Below are positions 1-9,462 of a stretch of DNA of 64,000 nucleotides, in pieces. The stretch's first letter is position 1, and the number at the start of each line of letters is the position of its first letter. The notes under the pieces are model-generated. The model was not told the DNA's origin. It worked only from the letters and a program-made list of their open reading frames with translations, and ran no database searches. The stretch spans positions 13,605-77,604 of the forward strand of contig DATIZP010000022.1 of NCBI GenBank assembly GCA_035517035.1, read 5' to 3'. Source of the stretch: Streptosporangiaceae bacterium (lineage in GTDB: Bacteria; Actinomycetota; Actinomycetes; Streptosporangiales; Streptosporangiaceae). Both the position numbers and the translations under genes were made by a program.

Positions 1-585
1 GCAGCGGACGCCGGCCACCTTCGCGGCGGCCACATCCCGCACCGAGTCGGCGACGTAGACGACGTCGTCGAGGACCAGGTGCCAGCCGTACTTCTCCTTG
101 GCCATGTCCAGCGACCGCAGGATCTGGGTGCCCCTGGGGTACACGTCGGAGCCGAAGCCGCCGATGCCGAGGTCCAGGTAGGAGTCCAGGCCGAAGGCCT
201 GCAGCTTGCACTGCGCGTTCTGCCTGATCGTGCCGGTCAGCACGGTCTGGATCACGTCCGGCTGCCGTGACATCGCCGCGAGCGCCTCGCGCGCGCCAGG
301 CAGTATCCGGCCCTGGGTGAGCAGCAGGTCAGACCGGGCGCCGAAGGCACTGGCGAGCTCGGCGGCGTACCTGGCGAGCAGGTCGCCGTCGTCGACCCCG
401 CGGACGCCGTCGTTGAGCGCGAGCGAGTCGAAGAAGATCTCCGAGTCGCTGGCACCGGCGAGCTGCGGCAGCGCCACCAGCGGGCGCCCCGTGACCCGGC
501 GGAATGCTTCGGCGTAAGCGTCGCGGGACACCCTGGCCACGTCCACCAGGGTGAGGTCGATGTTCCACAGGATGAGACGGCGGAT
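1..585 (-). CDS. HAD-superfamily hydrolase-like protein (3-prime end outside window; probable non-canonical ATC start)
   Basis: Own minus-strand translation reads IRRLILWNIDLTLVDVARVSRDAYAEAFRRVTGRPL...VLTGTIRQNA...VVYVADSVRDVAAAKVAGV. It has a HAD-like motif I (NIDLT) and a C-terminal ADSxxD motif. The frame is open to the window edge. An in-frame stop lies at 619-621 and there is no ATG/GTG/TTG before motif I. GGAGG (592-596) sits 6 nt upstream of ATC 583-585. Confidence 0.6.
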   Translation of the reverse strand, partial: MRRLILWNIDLTLVDVARVSRDAYAEAFRRVTGRPLVALPQLAGASDSEIFFDSLALNDGVRGVDDGDLLARYAAELASAFGARSDLLLTQGRILPGAREALAAMSRQPDVIQTVLTGTIRQNAQCKLQAFGLDSYLDLGIGGFGSDVYPRGTQILRSLDMAKEKYGWHLVLDDVVYVADSVRDVAAAKVAGVRC

Positions 586-633
586 GGAGAGCCTCCGGTG
601 CGTCGTGTACGGCGCAAATTACTACATGGACGG

Positions 634-2265
634 CTAGCCCATGTGCGGATACCGATAGTCGGTCGGCGGCGCGAGGAGCTCCTTGACCGACCGGGCGCTG
701 ACCCAGCGGATCAGGTTGAGCGGGGAGCCGGCCTTGTCGTTGGTGCCGCTGGCACGCGCCCCGCCGAAGGGCTGCTGTCCGACCACGGCCCCGGTCGGCT
801 TGTCATTGATATAGAAGTTGCCCGCCGAGAACCGCAGCCGGTCGGTGGCGGCCGCGATCGCCGCACGGTCGGAGGCGATGATCGACCCGGTCAGCGCGTA
901 CGGTGCGGCGTCGGCGGCCTGGTCGATGACCGCCTCGTAGTCGGCGTCGTCAAACACGTGGACGGCGAGGATCGGACCGAAGTACTCGGTGGTGAATATC
1001 TCGTCGGTCGGGTCGGAGCACTCCAGCACCGTGGGCCGGACGAAGTAGCCGACCGAGGCGTTCACCGTGCCGCCGGCCAGAACGGTCACCGACGGCCGGA
1101 GCCTGGCCCGGTCAAGCGCGGCCGCGTGCTTGTCGAACGCACGCTGGTCGATCACCGCGCCCATGAACGCGGACAGGTCGGTGCCGACGTCGCCCATGGT
1201 CAGCGACTCCACCGTGGCCAGGAAGGTGTCCTTCATCCGGTTCCACACGCTGCGCGAGATATAGGCGCGCGACGCCGCCGAGCACTTCTGGCCCTGGTAC
1301 TCGAATGCGCCTCGCACCAGCGCGACCGTGAGCACGTCGGGGTCGGCCGAGGCGTGCGCGATCACGAAGTCCTTGCCGCCGGTCTCACCCACCAGGCGCG
1401 GGTAGCTCCGGTAGCCGGAGATGTTCTCGCCGACGGCGCGCCAGAGGCGGTGGAACGTCCCGGTGGAGCCGGTGAAATGGACCCCGGCCAGGTCACGGTG
1501 CGGGACGGCGACCTCGGAGACGGCCGTGCCCCAGCCGGTGACCATGTTGATGACGCCGGGCGGCAGCCCGGCCGCCTCGAGCACCCGCATCAGGTAGTGC
1601 GCGGAGAACTGCTGCGTGTGCGACGGCTTCCAGACCACGACGTTGCCGAGCAGCGCCGGAGCGGTGGGCAGGTTGCCGGCGATCGAGGTGAAGTTGAACG
1701 GGGTGACGGCGAGCACGAAGCCCTCAAGCGGGCGGTACTCGATCCGGTTCCACGAGCCGGGCGCCGAGGCGGGCTGCTCGGCGAGCAGCTGCCTGGCGAA
1801 GTGCACGTTGAACCGCCAGAAGTCGATGAGCTCGCACGCCGCGTCGATCTCGGCCTGGTAGACCGACTTGGACTGGCCGAGCATCGTGGCCGCGTTGACG
1901 GTGGAGCGCCACGACCCGGCCAGCAGCTCGGCTGCCCGGAGGAAGATCGCGGCCCGGTCGTCGAACGACAGCTCGCGCCAGCCGGGCGCGGCCGCCGATG
2001 CCGCGTCGATCGCCGCCGCCACGTCATCGGCGGTGGCTTCGCCGAGTCGTCCGAGCACGTGGCCGTGGTTGTGCGGCTGGACGACCTCGACCACCTCGCC
2101 GCCGCCCATCCGCTGGACGCCGCCGACCGTCATGGTCAGGTCGGCCTGCTCGCCCGCCAGTTCCTTGAGCCTGGCCTCGAGCGCGGCCCGCTCGGGACTG
2201 CCGGGCGCGTAGGTCCTGACCGGCTCGTTGACGGGGACAGGAACGGAGGTGACGGCGTCGAACAC
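634..2265 (-). CDS. pruA: L-glutamate gamma-semialdehyde (1-pyrroline-5-carboxylate) dehydrogenase
   Basis: ORF 634..2346. Aldehyde dehydrogenase fold with VTPFNFTSIAGN, GETGGKDF, EYQGQKCSA and FGGARASGTNDKAG. The N-terminus FDAVTSVPVPVNEPVRTYAPGSPER looks like actinobacterial PruA starts, so GTG 2265 is preferred over ATG 2346. Confidence 0.9.
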   Translation of the reverse strand: MFDAVTSVPVPVNEPVRTYAPGSPERAALEARLKELAGEQADLTMTVGGVQRMGGGEVVEVVQPHNHGHVLGRLGEATADDVAAAIDAASAAAPGWRELSFDDRAAIFLRAAELLAGSWRSTVNAATMLGQSKSVYQAEIDAACELIDFWRFNVHFARQLLAEQPASAPGSWNRIEYRPLEGFVLAVTPFNFTSIAGNLPTAPALLGNVVVWKPSHTQQFSAHYLMRVLEAAGLPPGVINMVTGWGTAVSEVAVPHRDLAGVHFTGSTGTFHRLWRAVGENISGYRSYPRLVGETGGKDFVIAHASADPDVLTVALVRGAFEYQGQKCSAASRAYISRSVWNRMKDTFLATVESLTMGDVGTDLSAFMGAVIDQRAFDKHAAALDRARLRPSVTVLAGGTVNASVGYFVRPTVLECSDPTDEIFTTEYFGPILAVHVFDDADYEAVIDQAADAAPYALTGSIIASDRAAIAAATDRLRFSAGNFYINDKPTGAVVGQQPFGGARASGTNDKAGSPLNLIRWVSARSVKELLAPPTDYRYPHMG

Positions 2266-2429
2266 GGTGCGCTCCCCTAGCTCTGTGCAGTAGCTGCGTG
2301 CGGTAGCTCTGTGCAGGTGCGGGTCCTCAGCGAACGAGGCCGACATTACGGCAGGTCTCGTCGACCTTCATCGTGCCACGAACTGGCCTTGCTGCTGAGG
2401 GTCAGGCCGGGCCGATTATGCCGAACCGA

Positions 2430-2930
2430 TCAGACCGGGCCGATCAGGTAGATCAGCTCCTGGGTGGCGTACCACAGCAGCTCGTGCCCCTCGGCGCCGT
2501 CCACGACGAACTGCGCGTCCTCGTCGCCTGCGTCGGCCGCGGGCAGCGCGGCCGCTGCCGCCTCGACGTCGGACATGGCCTCCTCGTCGTCCACGTGGCC
2601 GGAGACCACGTCGGAGAACAGAACAGGGAGCGTGACCGCGACCTGGCCCGGCCGGTCGATGCCGTTACGCACGCTGACTACCTGCTCGGGCAGTTCCGCG
2701 GCGAGCACCACCCGGCGCCGCGGAGCCTTGGTGTCGGCGTGCAGCATCCTCAGCGACGCCCGAGCGGCCTGCGTCATCGCCACGTACTCAAGCTCCTCGA
2801 GGTCGCCGGCCGAGTACCACTCGCGCAGCGCCCCGGTCACCGCGAAGCCAGTCACCGGCGCCGGGCCGACCTGGCCGGCTACCAGCGCAGACCCCAGCTC
2901 CGCCAGCGTGGTCGGCAGGTAGACGCGCAT
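2430..2930 (-). CDS. conserved actinobacterial hypothetical protein
   Basis: ORF 2430..3170 trimmed to ATG 2930 (MRVYLPTTLAELG...GDLEELEYVAM...HELLWYATQELIYL). The upstream 80 codons are Arg/Pro/Ser-rich shadow sequence overlapping the vsr 3-prime end. Function unknown. Confidence 0.65.
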   Translation of the reverse strand: MRVYLPTTLAELGSALVAGQVGPAPVTGFAVTGALREWYSAGDLEELEYVAMTQAARASLRMLHADTKAPRRRVVLAAELPEQVVSVRNGIDRPGQVAVTLPVLFSDVVSGHVDDEEAMSDVEAAAAALPAADAGDEDAQFVVDGAEGHELLWYATQELIYLIGPV

Positions 2931-2949
2931 GAGGTCCCCAGGTGGCTTA

Positions 2950-3459
2950 CTACAGGTGCGATGGGTCGTCCGGCGTTTCGTCCGCCGCGGCTGCGGCGAC
3001 GGTCGGCGGGGAGTGCTTGTAGAGTCTGCCAGCCGGGGCGGGCGAGCGAGCCCCGATTGCGCCGACCACCCCGGCCACGGCCGCATCGACGGACTCGTGC
3101 TCCCAGAGCCTGACCACGGTCCAGCCTGCCGCGTCGAGCGCCGCGTCGGCGGCCCGGTCGCGCTCGACATTGCGGCGCAGCTTGGGCTCCCAGTACCAGG
3201 TGTTGGACGCCGGCTGGCTGCCGTGCTCGGGACAGCAGTGCCAGAAGCAGCCGTCCACGAACACCGCCACCTTGCGCGCGGTGAACACGATGTCCGGCCT
3301 GACCCGCACCCCGTCGGCCAGGTCGAGCCGGTAGTCCTTGCGGTACCGGTAGCCGAGCGCGTGCAGCGCTCGCCGCAGCGCCATCTCCGGCTTGGTGTTG
3401 ACCCGGCGGTTCGCCTTCATGTTGGCCGACCGTCCCGGGCTTGACGGGTGCGGGTACAT
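2950..3459 (-). CDS. vsr: very short patch repair (T:G mismatch) endonuclease
   Basis: ORF 2950..3630 trimmed to ATG 3459. Vsr hallmarks: SANMKANRRVNTKPEMALRRALHALGYRYRKDY, RPDIVF, VAVFVDGCFWHCCPEHG, YWEPKLRRNVERD. Confidence 0.85.
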   Translation of the reverse strand: MYPHPSSPGRSANMKANRRVNTKPEMALRRALHALGYRYRKDYRLDLADGVRVRPDIVFTARKVAVFVDGCFWHCCPEHGSQPASNTWYWEPKLRRNVERDRAADAALDAAGWTVVRLWEHESVDAAVAGVVGAIGARSPAPAGRLYKHSPPTVAAAAADETPDDPSHL

Positions 3460-3500
3460 AGCGGTCAAGGCTACGGGCACCCGGCCTCGCGCCACCGCGG

Positions 3501-4148
3501 TCAGGCAGAAACGGAGAGCAACTCCGACAGCTCGGCCTTGGTCGCGGCCGGCTCCATGTGGTGCACGGTGCGGAAGCCGAGCGCCTGGGCCGCGACGATG
3601 TTGCCTTCCACGTCGTCCACGAACACGCACTCGGCCGGCGCGGTCTTGAGCCGGTCGGCCGCCAGCAGGAAGATCCGCTCCTCCGGCTTGCGCATCCCGA
3701 CCTCGCCGGAGATCACCACGTCGTCGAACAGCTCGGGAAACAGGTGCCGCGGGTAGCCGTCAGTGACGCCCCAGGAGTTGGAGAGCAGCCCGGTCAGAAG
3801 ACCGCCGGCCCGCAGGTCCCTGACCAGGCCGAGCATGTCGTCCTGCACGGCAGACGCGGCGAACATGCGCTTGAGCAGCCCGGCCGCCGCCACAGGGCTG
3901 CCGTCCACGCCGACGAGCAGCGCCGCCAGGGTCGCCTCGAAGTCCGCGTCGCTGACCTCGCCGCGCTCCAGCGCGTGCACCGGCGACTCGGCCTCGCCAG
4001 GCCCGTAGGCTAGCCGCACCCACGGCCGGATCGCGGCGGCGTAGCTCTCCCTGTCGATCCGGTCGGCCTCCAGCCACGCCGAGACCGTGTCGATGATCGG
4101 CGTGGTGATCACGCCGCCCCAGTCGAAGATGACGGCTCGCACGCGCAC
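3501..4148 (-). CDS. HAD family hydrolase
   Basis: ORF 3501..4217. Motifs: VIFDWGGVITT (motif I), LLSNS (motif II), GMRKPE (motif III Lys), FVDDVEGN (motif IV). The start is ambiguous among GTG 4163, 4148 and 4142. Confidence 0.8.
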   Translation of the reverse strand: MRVRAVIFDWGGVITTPIIDTVSAWLEADRIDRESYAAAIRPWVRLAYGPGEAESPVHALERGEVSDADFEATLAALLVGVDGSPVAAAGLLKRMFAASAVQDDMLGLVRDLRAGGLLTGLLSNSWGVTDGYPRHLFPELFDDVVISGEVGMRKPEERIFLLAADRLKTAPAECVFVDDVEGNIVAAQALGFRTVHHMEPAATKAELSELLSVSA

Positions 4149-4248
4149 TGCAGGATCGGCCACGGAACCGATAGTAGGTGACCTGCACGCACACCCGGCT
4201 AACCCGCGGTGAACCACAGCGAACCATCACCCGCCCCGGGCTGGCAGA

Positions 4249-5010
4249 ATGCCAGCCATGCAGCGGACAGCGGTGGTCACCGGGGCGAGCAGCGGTATCG
4301 GCGCGGCGACGGCGGAGCGGCTGGCGGCCGACGGCTACCACGTGGTGCTGGCGGCCCGCCGCCGCGACCGACTCGACCTGGTGGCGGCCAGGATCGCCGA
4401 AAGGGGCGGCAGCGCGCAGGTCATCCCACTCGACGTCACCGACCGAACGCAGGTGGACGCGCTTGCCGGGGCACTCGACCGCTGCGACGTGCTAGTAGCC
4501 AACGCCGGTGGTGCGATCGGCACCGAGCAGGTCGCCGACGCCTCGGCCGACGACTGGCTGACCATGTACCAGTCCAACGTGCTCGGCACGCTGCACGTGG
4601 TCCAGGCACTGCTGCCGAAGCTGATCGCCAGCGGCGCCGGCACGGTAGTCATCATGGGCTCCACGGCCGGCCTGACCGCGTACGAGGGCGGCGGCGGATA
4701 CGTGGCGGCCAAGCACGGCACCCACGCGATCGCCGCGACGCTGCGCCTCGAACTGTCCGGCCAGCCGGTCAGGGTGATCGAGATCGCCCCCGGCATGGTC
4801 AGGACCGAGGAGTTCGCGCTGAACAGGTACCGCGGCGATGCGGAGAAGGCGGCCGCCGTCTACGCGGGCGTAGCCGAACCGCTGACCGCCGACGACGTGG
4901 CCGACGCCGTGACCTGGGCGGTCACCAGGCCGGCCCACGTGAACGTGGACCTGATGATCCTGCGCCCGCGCGCCCAGGCCGCTCAGCACAAGGTGCACCG
5001 CGAGCCCTGA
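4249..5010 (+). CDS. SDR family NAD(P)-dependent oxidoreductase
   Basis: Motifs TGASSGIGAATAERLA (TGxxxGIG), NAGG and YVAAKHG (YxxxK). Typical length of about 250 aa. Confidence 0.9.
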   Translation: MPAMQRTAVVTGASSGIGAATAERLAADGYHVVLAARRRDRLDLVAARIAERGGSAQVIPLDVTDRTQVDALAGALDRCDVLVANAGGAIGTEQVADASADDWLTMYQSNVLGTLHVVQALLPKLIASGAGTVVIMGSTAGLTAYEGGGGYVAAKHGTHAIAATLRLELSGQPVRVIEIAPGMVRTEEFALNRYRGDAEKAAAVYAGVAEPLTADDVADAVTWAVTRPAHVNVDLMILRPRAQAAQHKVHREP

Positions 5011-5074
5011 CCCACATTCCCTGCCTGAACGCAGAGCGCTCCCGGGCTCGCCCGGCCCAACGCCCGCCTGGCGG

Positions 5075-6106
5075 CTAGCTGGTCTGGGTGACCTTGCTCA
5101 GGCCGCGCGGATGGTCGGGGTCGATGCCGAGCCGCCTGGACAGCGCCTCGGTCAGCAGCTGGCCAGGGACGATGAGGCCGATCGGCGCCAGCCACTCCGG
5201 CAGCGCCGGCCCGGGCAGCGCGCGGTCGCACGCGGCGGCGAGCCCGGCTCCGCCGCCGATGGCGTAGGCGCGCGCCCCGGCACCGGTGACCCGCCTGGCC
5301 AGGTTGATCGCCGCGTCCTGCGTGGGGCCGGAATCGGGTCCCATGATCACCGCGGGGGTGCGGGCGTCGACCACAGCGATCGGGCCGTGCTGCAGGTCGG
5401 CGTAGGAGATGCCCATCGCGTGCAGGTAGCACGCTTCCTTGATCTTCAGCGCCAGCTCGAGCGCGGCCGAGTAGGCGAGCCCGCGGGCGGATACCACCAG
5501 GCCGTCCACGCTGGCCAGCTCGGCGACGATCTCCTTGAGGCCGAAGGCAGGGCCGTCGGCGCCGGCCAGCAGCTCAGCGACGGCCTCGGGCAACGCCCTG
5601 AGCTGGCCGGTGTCCAGGTCGGCGCCGAGCCCGATCGCGAGCACGGCGAGCGCGGCGAGCTGGCAGGTGAACGTCTTGGTGGCCGGCACCGCGCGCTCGG
5701 CGCCCGCCTGGGTCACCAGCGCCACGTCGGCGAGCTCGGCGATGGGCGAGCCGGCCCCGTTGGTGATCGTCGCGATCGCCGCGCCGCAGTCGCGCGCCCA
5801 GGTCAGCGTCTCGATGATCTCCACGGTCTGGCCCGACTGCGACAACCCGACCGCGAGCACGCCGGTCAGGTCCATCCTCGCGTGGTAGGCCGTGGCCACG
5901 GACGGCGCGCCGAGACTGGCCAGCCTGCCTGCGCTGGTCTGGATCAGGTAGCTGCCGTAGACCGCCGCGTTGTCCGACGTGCCCCGGGCGAAGAACAGCA
6001 CCTGGCGGGCTCGTCCGGCCAGGGCGGCGACCTGCGCTGCCTGCGGCAGCAGCGCGTCGATGGTGGCGCGGAGCGCCGCGGGCTGCTCCATGATCTCGGC
6101 CCGCAT
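5075..6106 (-). CDS. SIS-domain sugar-phosphate isomerase/deaminase (GlmS C-terminal-like, NagB-II/AgaS type)
   Basis: ORF 5075..6304 trimmed to ATG 6106 (MRAEIMEQPAALRATIDAL...). It has two SIS halves (GTSDNAA..., LSQSGQTVE). It lies immediately downstream of nagA on the same strand. GTG 6139/6145 are alternative starts. Confidence 0.75.
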   Translation of the reverse strand: MRAEIMEQPAALRATIDALLPQAAQVAALAGRARQVLFFARGTSDNAAVYGSYLIQTSAGRLASLGAPSVATAYHARMDLTGVLAVGLSQSGQTVEIIETLTWARDCGAAIATITNGAGSPIAELADVALVTQAGAERAVPATKTFTCQLAALAVLAIGLGADLDTGQLRALPEAVAELLAGADGPAFGLKEIVAELASVDGLVVSARGLAYSAALELALKIKEACYLHAMGISYADLQHGPIAVVDARTPAVIMGPDSGPTQDAAINLARRVTGAGARAYAIGGGAGLAAACDRALPGPALPEWLAPIGLIVPGQLLTEALSRRLGIDPDHPRGLSKVTQTS

Positions 6107-6239
6107 GTGCGTCGGCTGCTGCTGGTGCTCGGTTGCCACCGCGACCCCGTCCGTTGCCCGTGCCCGCCTTGATGCGAATTCTCCCCGCCGGCAGACTACG
6201 GGACGCGCGCCGTCCGGCGCGAGGCACTCGCCCAGGCTG

Positions 6240-7421
6240 TTAGCCCAGGTGAGAACCGTAGGCCAGGCGGCCGGCGACCCAGGTGGCGCGGGTGCGCAGG
6301 TCATCGCCGAGCCAGGTCAGGTCGGCGGCCGCTCCGGCCGCGATCCGGCCGAGGTCGCCGCGGCCGATCAGGTCGGCCGGGATCCTGGTGGCGGCGGCTA
6401 CCGCGTCGGCAAGACCGACACCGGTCGCGACCATGTTCGCGACCGCGGAGTCCATCCGCAGCGCCGAGCCGGCCAGCGTGCCGTCGGCACGCACCGGCGG
6501 CGTCCCGTCGCCCTCGCCGAGCTCGATCGGCTCGCCGCCCAGCGCGTAGCGCCCCGGCGGCATGCCCGCGCAGGCGGACGCGTCCGAGATCAGGCAGATC
6601 CGGCCCGGGGCGGCCGCGAACGCGATCGCGACGACCTGGCCGGCGACGTGGTGCAGGTCGGCGATCAGGCTGGACACCAGGCGGGTGTCGGCCAGCGCCT
6701 GCCCCACCACGCCTGGGTCACGATGATGCAGGGGACGCTGTGCGTTAAACAAGTGCGTGACGAGTCGCGCGCCGCACCTCGCCGCGGCGCTGACCTGAGC
6801 GGCCGTGGCATCGGAGTGACCGACGCCGACCAGCACGCCGGCCGACGTCAGCTGCCTGATCACCGCCATGGCCCCGTCGAGTTCGGGCGCCAGCGTCATC
6901 ACCCTGACCAGCCCGCGGCCGGCCGCGAGCAGGTCGGCGACCGCGCCCGGATCGGGAGCGGCGGCCCACGCCGGGTTGTGCGCGCCTGGCCGTTTGGGCG
7001 AGATGAACGGGCCCTCCAGGTGCACTCCGAGCACCCGGGCCGCTCCCGGCATGCCGGCCAGGTCGGGCGCGAAGTCCGCGGCCCTGCGCACGGCGGCCGC
7101 CATCTCGGCGACCGGCGCCGTGATGAAGGTCGGGACGAACGCGGTCGTCCCCGTCTCGGGCAGCCGCCGAGCGACGGCGCCCCAGCCGACCTCGTCAGCC
7201 GCGCTGAGCTCCACGCCGAAGTACCCGTTCACCTGGATGTCGACCAGGCCAGGCAGCAGCACGCCGTCTCCGAGCTCAATGTCGGGGCGGCCGGGCGGCT
7301 GGCCGGGTCCCACGCTGGCGATCTGGCCGTTCTCCCAGGCCACATAGCCAGGCGCGAGCACCTCGGCGGCGCCGTATGGCGCCCGGACCGCGGTGATGAT
7401 CCGTGCCGCCGCGATCAGCAT
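6240..7421 (-). CDS. nagA: N-acetylglucosamine-6-phosphate deacetylase
   Basis: Amidohydrolase motifs PGLVDIQVNGYFG, VHLEGPFISP, GVGHSDAT and THLFNAQ. About 390 aa. Confidence 0.85.
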   Translation of the reverse strand: MLIAAARIITAVRAPYGAAEVLAPGYVAWENGQIASVGPGQPPGRPDIELGDGVLLPGLVDIQVNGYFGVELSAADEVGWGAVARRLPETGTTAFVPTFITAPVAEMAAAVRRAADFAPDLAGMPGAARVLGVHLEGPFISPKRPGAHNPAWAAAPDPGAVADLLAAGRGLVRVMTLAPELDGAMAVIRQLTSAGVLVGVGHSDATAAQVSAAARCGARLVTHLFNAQRPLHHRDPGVVGQALADTRLVSSLIADLHHVAGQVVAIAFAAAPGRICLISDASACAGMPPGRYALGGEPIELGEGDGTPPVRADGTLAGSALRMDSAVANMVATGVGLADAVAAATRIPADLIGRGDLGRIAAGAAADLTWLGDDLRTRATWVAGRLAYGSHLG

Positions 7422-7465
7422 CTGGCTAGCTTGGCACCCGCCGCGGGCGATGTCGCCCGATATGC

Positions 7466-8515
7466 CTAACCGCGAACGCGGTCGGCGGACACCGCCGCGG
7501 CGCCGGCCGCGGCGGCGCGGACCCGGTCGAGGAACACGCCGATCTCGGCGGCCACCAGCGCAGGCCGTTCCATCATCGCGACGTGCCCGACGCCGGGCAG
7601 CACGAGCACCCGCGCCGAGCCGAAGGCGCGGGCGGCCTTGCCGGCCATCACCGGGTTCACCAGCCTGTCGTGACTGCCGTGCAGGATCAGGGCGGGCGCG
7701 GTGCTCGCCGCGGCGTCACGCCACAGCGACTTCCTGCCCACCCTGAAGTACTCGCTCACCAGGCTGCGCGCGGACATGATCAGGGCGTTGTTCGCGTACA
7801 TCAGGCTGTCCCGCCTGAGCACCTCGGCGATCTCGGCGCTGCGCCTGGACGGATGGATGACCCCGGGGTCGGTGTACAGGTCGCGCAGCGTCCGGTCGGT
7901 TCTGTCCTCGGCGGGAACGCTGCGCAGCCAGTCCATGATCGCCGGGCCGACACCGGGCAGCGAGGCCAGCGCGAGCCGCAGCGGCAGCGGACGAGGCCGC
8001 AGGTCGGGCAGGGCCGGGGAGATCAGGATGATCGTTTCGACCAGGTCCGGCCGGCGCGCGGCCACCCGGGTGATCACGGCGCCGCCCATCGAGTTGCCGA
8101 TCAGGTGCACCGGCCCGGCGGCCTGGTACTCGATCAGCTCGATCACCGCGCTGGCATGGGAGCTGATCGAGTAGTCGCCGCTCAGCGGCGGCGGCGAGCA
8201 GCCGAAGCCTGGCAGGTCGATGGCGGAGCAGGCGAGCGCGGGCCCGGCCACCCCGGCCTCCCGCGGCCGCGACAGCAGGTCCATCAGGTCGGTCCAGTTG
8301 GTGGACGACCCGCCGAGCCCGTGCACGCACAGAGCCGGCTCGGCGCCGGGCACGGCCGGGGCGCTGCGGACGTAGACCTGCCCGCCCCGCAGGTCGACGC
8401 AGCGGCCGGGCCAGTGCGGGATCGGCTCGCCGGTTCCCTGGTCGCCGCCTGGCTCGCCGGATGGCGCCTGATCGCTGGTCACCTGCAGCATGTCGATCGC
8501 CTCGCATCTCCCCAA
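7466..8515 (-). CDS. alpha/beta fold hydrolase
   Basis: HGLGGSSTNW oxyanion region, GNSMGG nucleophile elbow, C-terminal GHVAMMERP. ATG 8491 is an alternative start. Confidence 0.85.
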   Translation of the reverse strand: MGRCEAIDMLQVTSDQAPSGEPGGDQGTGEPIPHWPGRCVDLRGGQVYVRSAPAVPGAEPALCVHGLGGSSTNWTDLMDLLSRPREAGVAGPALACSAIDLPGFGCSPPPLSGDYSISSHASAVIELIEYQAAGPVHLIGNSMGGAVITRVAARRPDLVETIILISPALPDLRPRPLPLRLALASLPGVGPAIMDWLRSVPAEDRTDRTLRDLYTDPGVIHPSRRSAEIAEVLRRDSLMYANNALIMSARSLVSEYFRVGRKSLWRDAAASTAPALILHGSHDRLVNPVMAGKAARAFGSARVLVLPGVGHVAMMERPALVAAEIGVFLDRVRAAAAGAAAVSADRVRG

Positions 8516-8562
8516 GCCGGCTGCTCATACCGCCTCGGGCGGCACGCGGACCCCGGGGGATG

Positions 8563-9462
8563 TCAGCTCGCCTTGCGGGTCGCCTTCGTCGACCCGCCCT
8601 TGGCCCCCTTCGCCGTGCCGTCCTTCGCCGTGCCGTCCTTCGTTGTGCCCGACTTGGCTCCCTTACTCTCATTCTGGCCGGCCACCGGGAGTTGCCTGGC
8701 CGCCGCGAGGCTCGCCTTAAGCGCCTCGGCCAGGCTGGTCGTCTCGCCGGCGGCGATCTCCAGGGTGCCGGGCTGCGCAAGCTCCCTGCCCTGGATCTTG
8801 GCGTCGACCACCTCGATCAGCGCCTCCCGGTATCCGTCGTGATGCGCGTCAGGGTCGAAGTCGGCGGTCATCGAGTCGATCAGGGTGGCCGCCATGGTCA
8901 GTTCCTGGGGGCGTACCTCGATGTCCTGATCGAGGAACGGGAACGCGGCAGGGCGCACCTCGTCGGGCCAGAGCAACGTCTCGAGCACGAGCACGCCCTC
9001 CCTGCTGCGCAGCGTTGCGAGGGACTCGCGCTGGCGCAGCGCCACCTGGGCGATGGCGATCCTGCCCGACTGCTCGAGCGCGTCCCTGAGCAGGACGTAG
9101 GCACGAGCGCCTGCCGCCTCGGGCTCCACGTAGTAACTGCGGTTGAACAGGATCGGGTCGAGCTGCTCGGCGGGCGCGAAGTGCAGCACCTCGATCGCCT
9201 TCGTGGTCGGCAGCGGCAGGTCGGCCAGGTCTTCGTCGTCCAACACGACCATCTCGCCGGTCGGCAGCTCGTAGCCCTTGACCACGTCCTCGTAGGGCAC
9301 TTCCTCGCCGTCCACCGAGCAGATCCGGCGGAACCTGATCCGGCCGCCGTCGGCTCGGTGCACCTGCCGGAAGGAGATGTCCTTCTGCTCGGTGGCGGCG
9401 TACAGCCGGACCGGGATCATGACCAGGCCGAAGGAAATTCCGCCCTTCCACATGCTGCGCAT
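8563..9462 (-). CDS. ku: non-homologous end joining protein Ku
   Basis: MRSMWKGGISFGLVMIPVRLYAAT...ISFRQVH...VVKGYE, a typical bacterial Ku core. The Lys/Gly/Thr-rich C-terminal tail contains 15-bp tandem repeats (8608-8652). Confidence 0.9.
   Translation of the reverse strand: MRSMWKGGISFGLVMIPVRLYAATEQKDISFRQVHRADGGRIRFRRICSVDGEEVPYEDVVKGYELPTGEMVVLDDEDLADLPLPTTKAIEVLHFAPAEQLDPILFNRSYYVEPEAAGARAYVLLRDALEQSGRIAIAQVALRQRESLATLRSREGVLVLETLLWPDEVRPAAFPFLDQDIEVRPQELTMAATLIDSMTADFDPDAHHDGYREALIEVVDAKIQGRELAQPGTLEIAAGETTSLAEALKASLAAARQLPVAGQNESKGAKSGTTKDGTAKDGTAKGAKGGSTKATRKAS

Noticed and set aside
598-2280. Long plus-strand ORF (560 aa) antisense to pruA. Similar shadow ORFs include 42733..44619 minus, 55884..58469 minus, 35775..37268 minus, 16546..18237 plus and 40608..41999 plus.
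   Set aside because: Their Arg/Pro/Gly/Ala-dominated composition is typical of non-coding frames in high-GC DNA. Each lies opposite a gene with clear family motifs.
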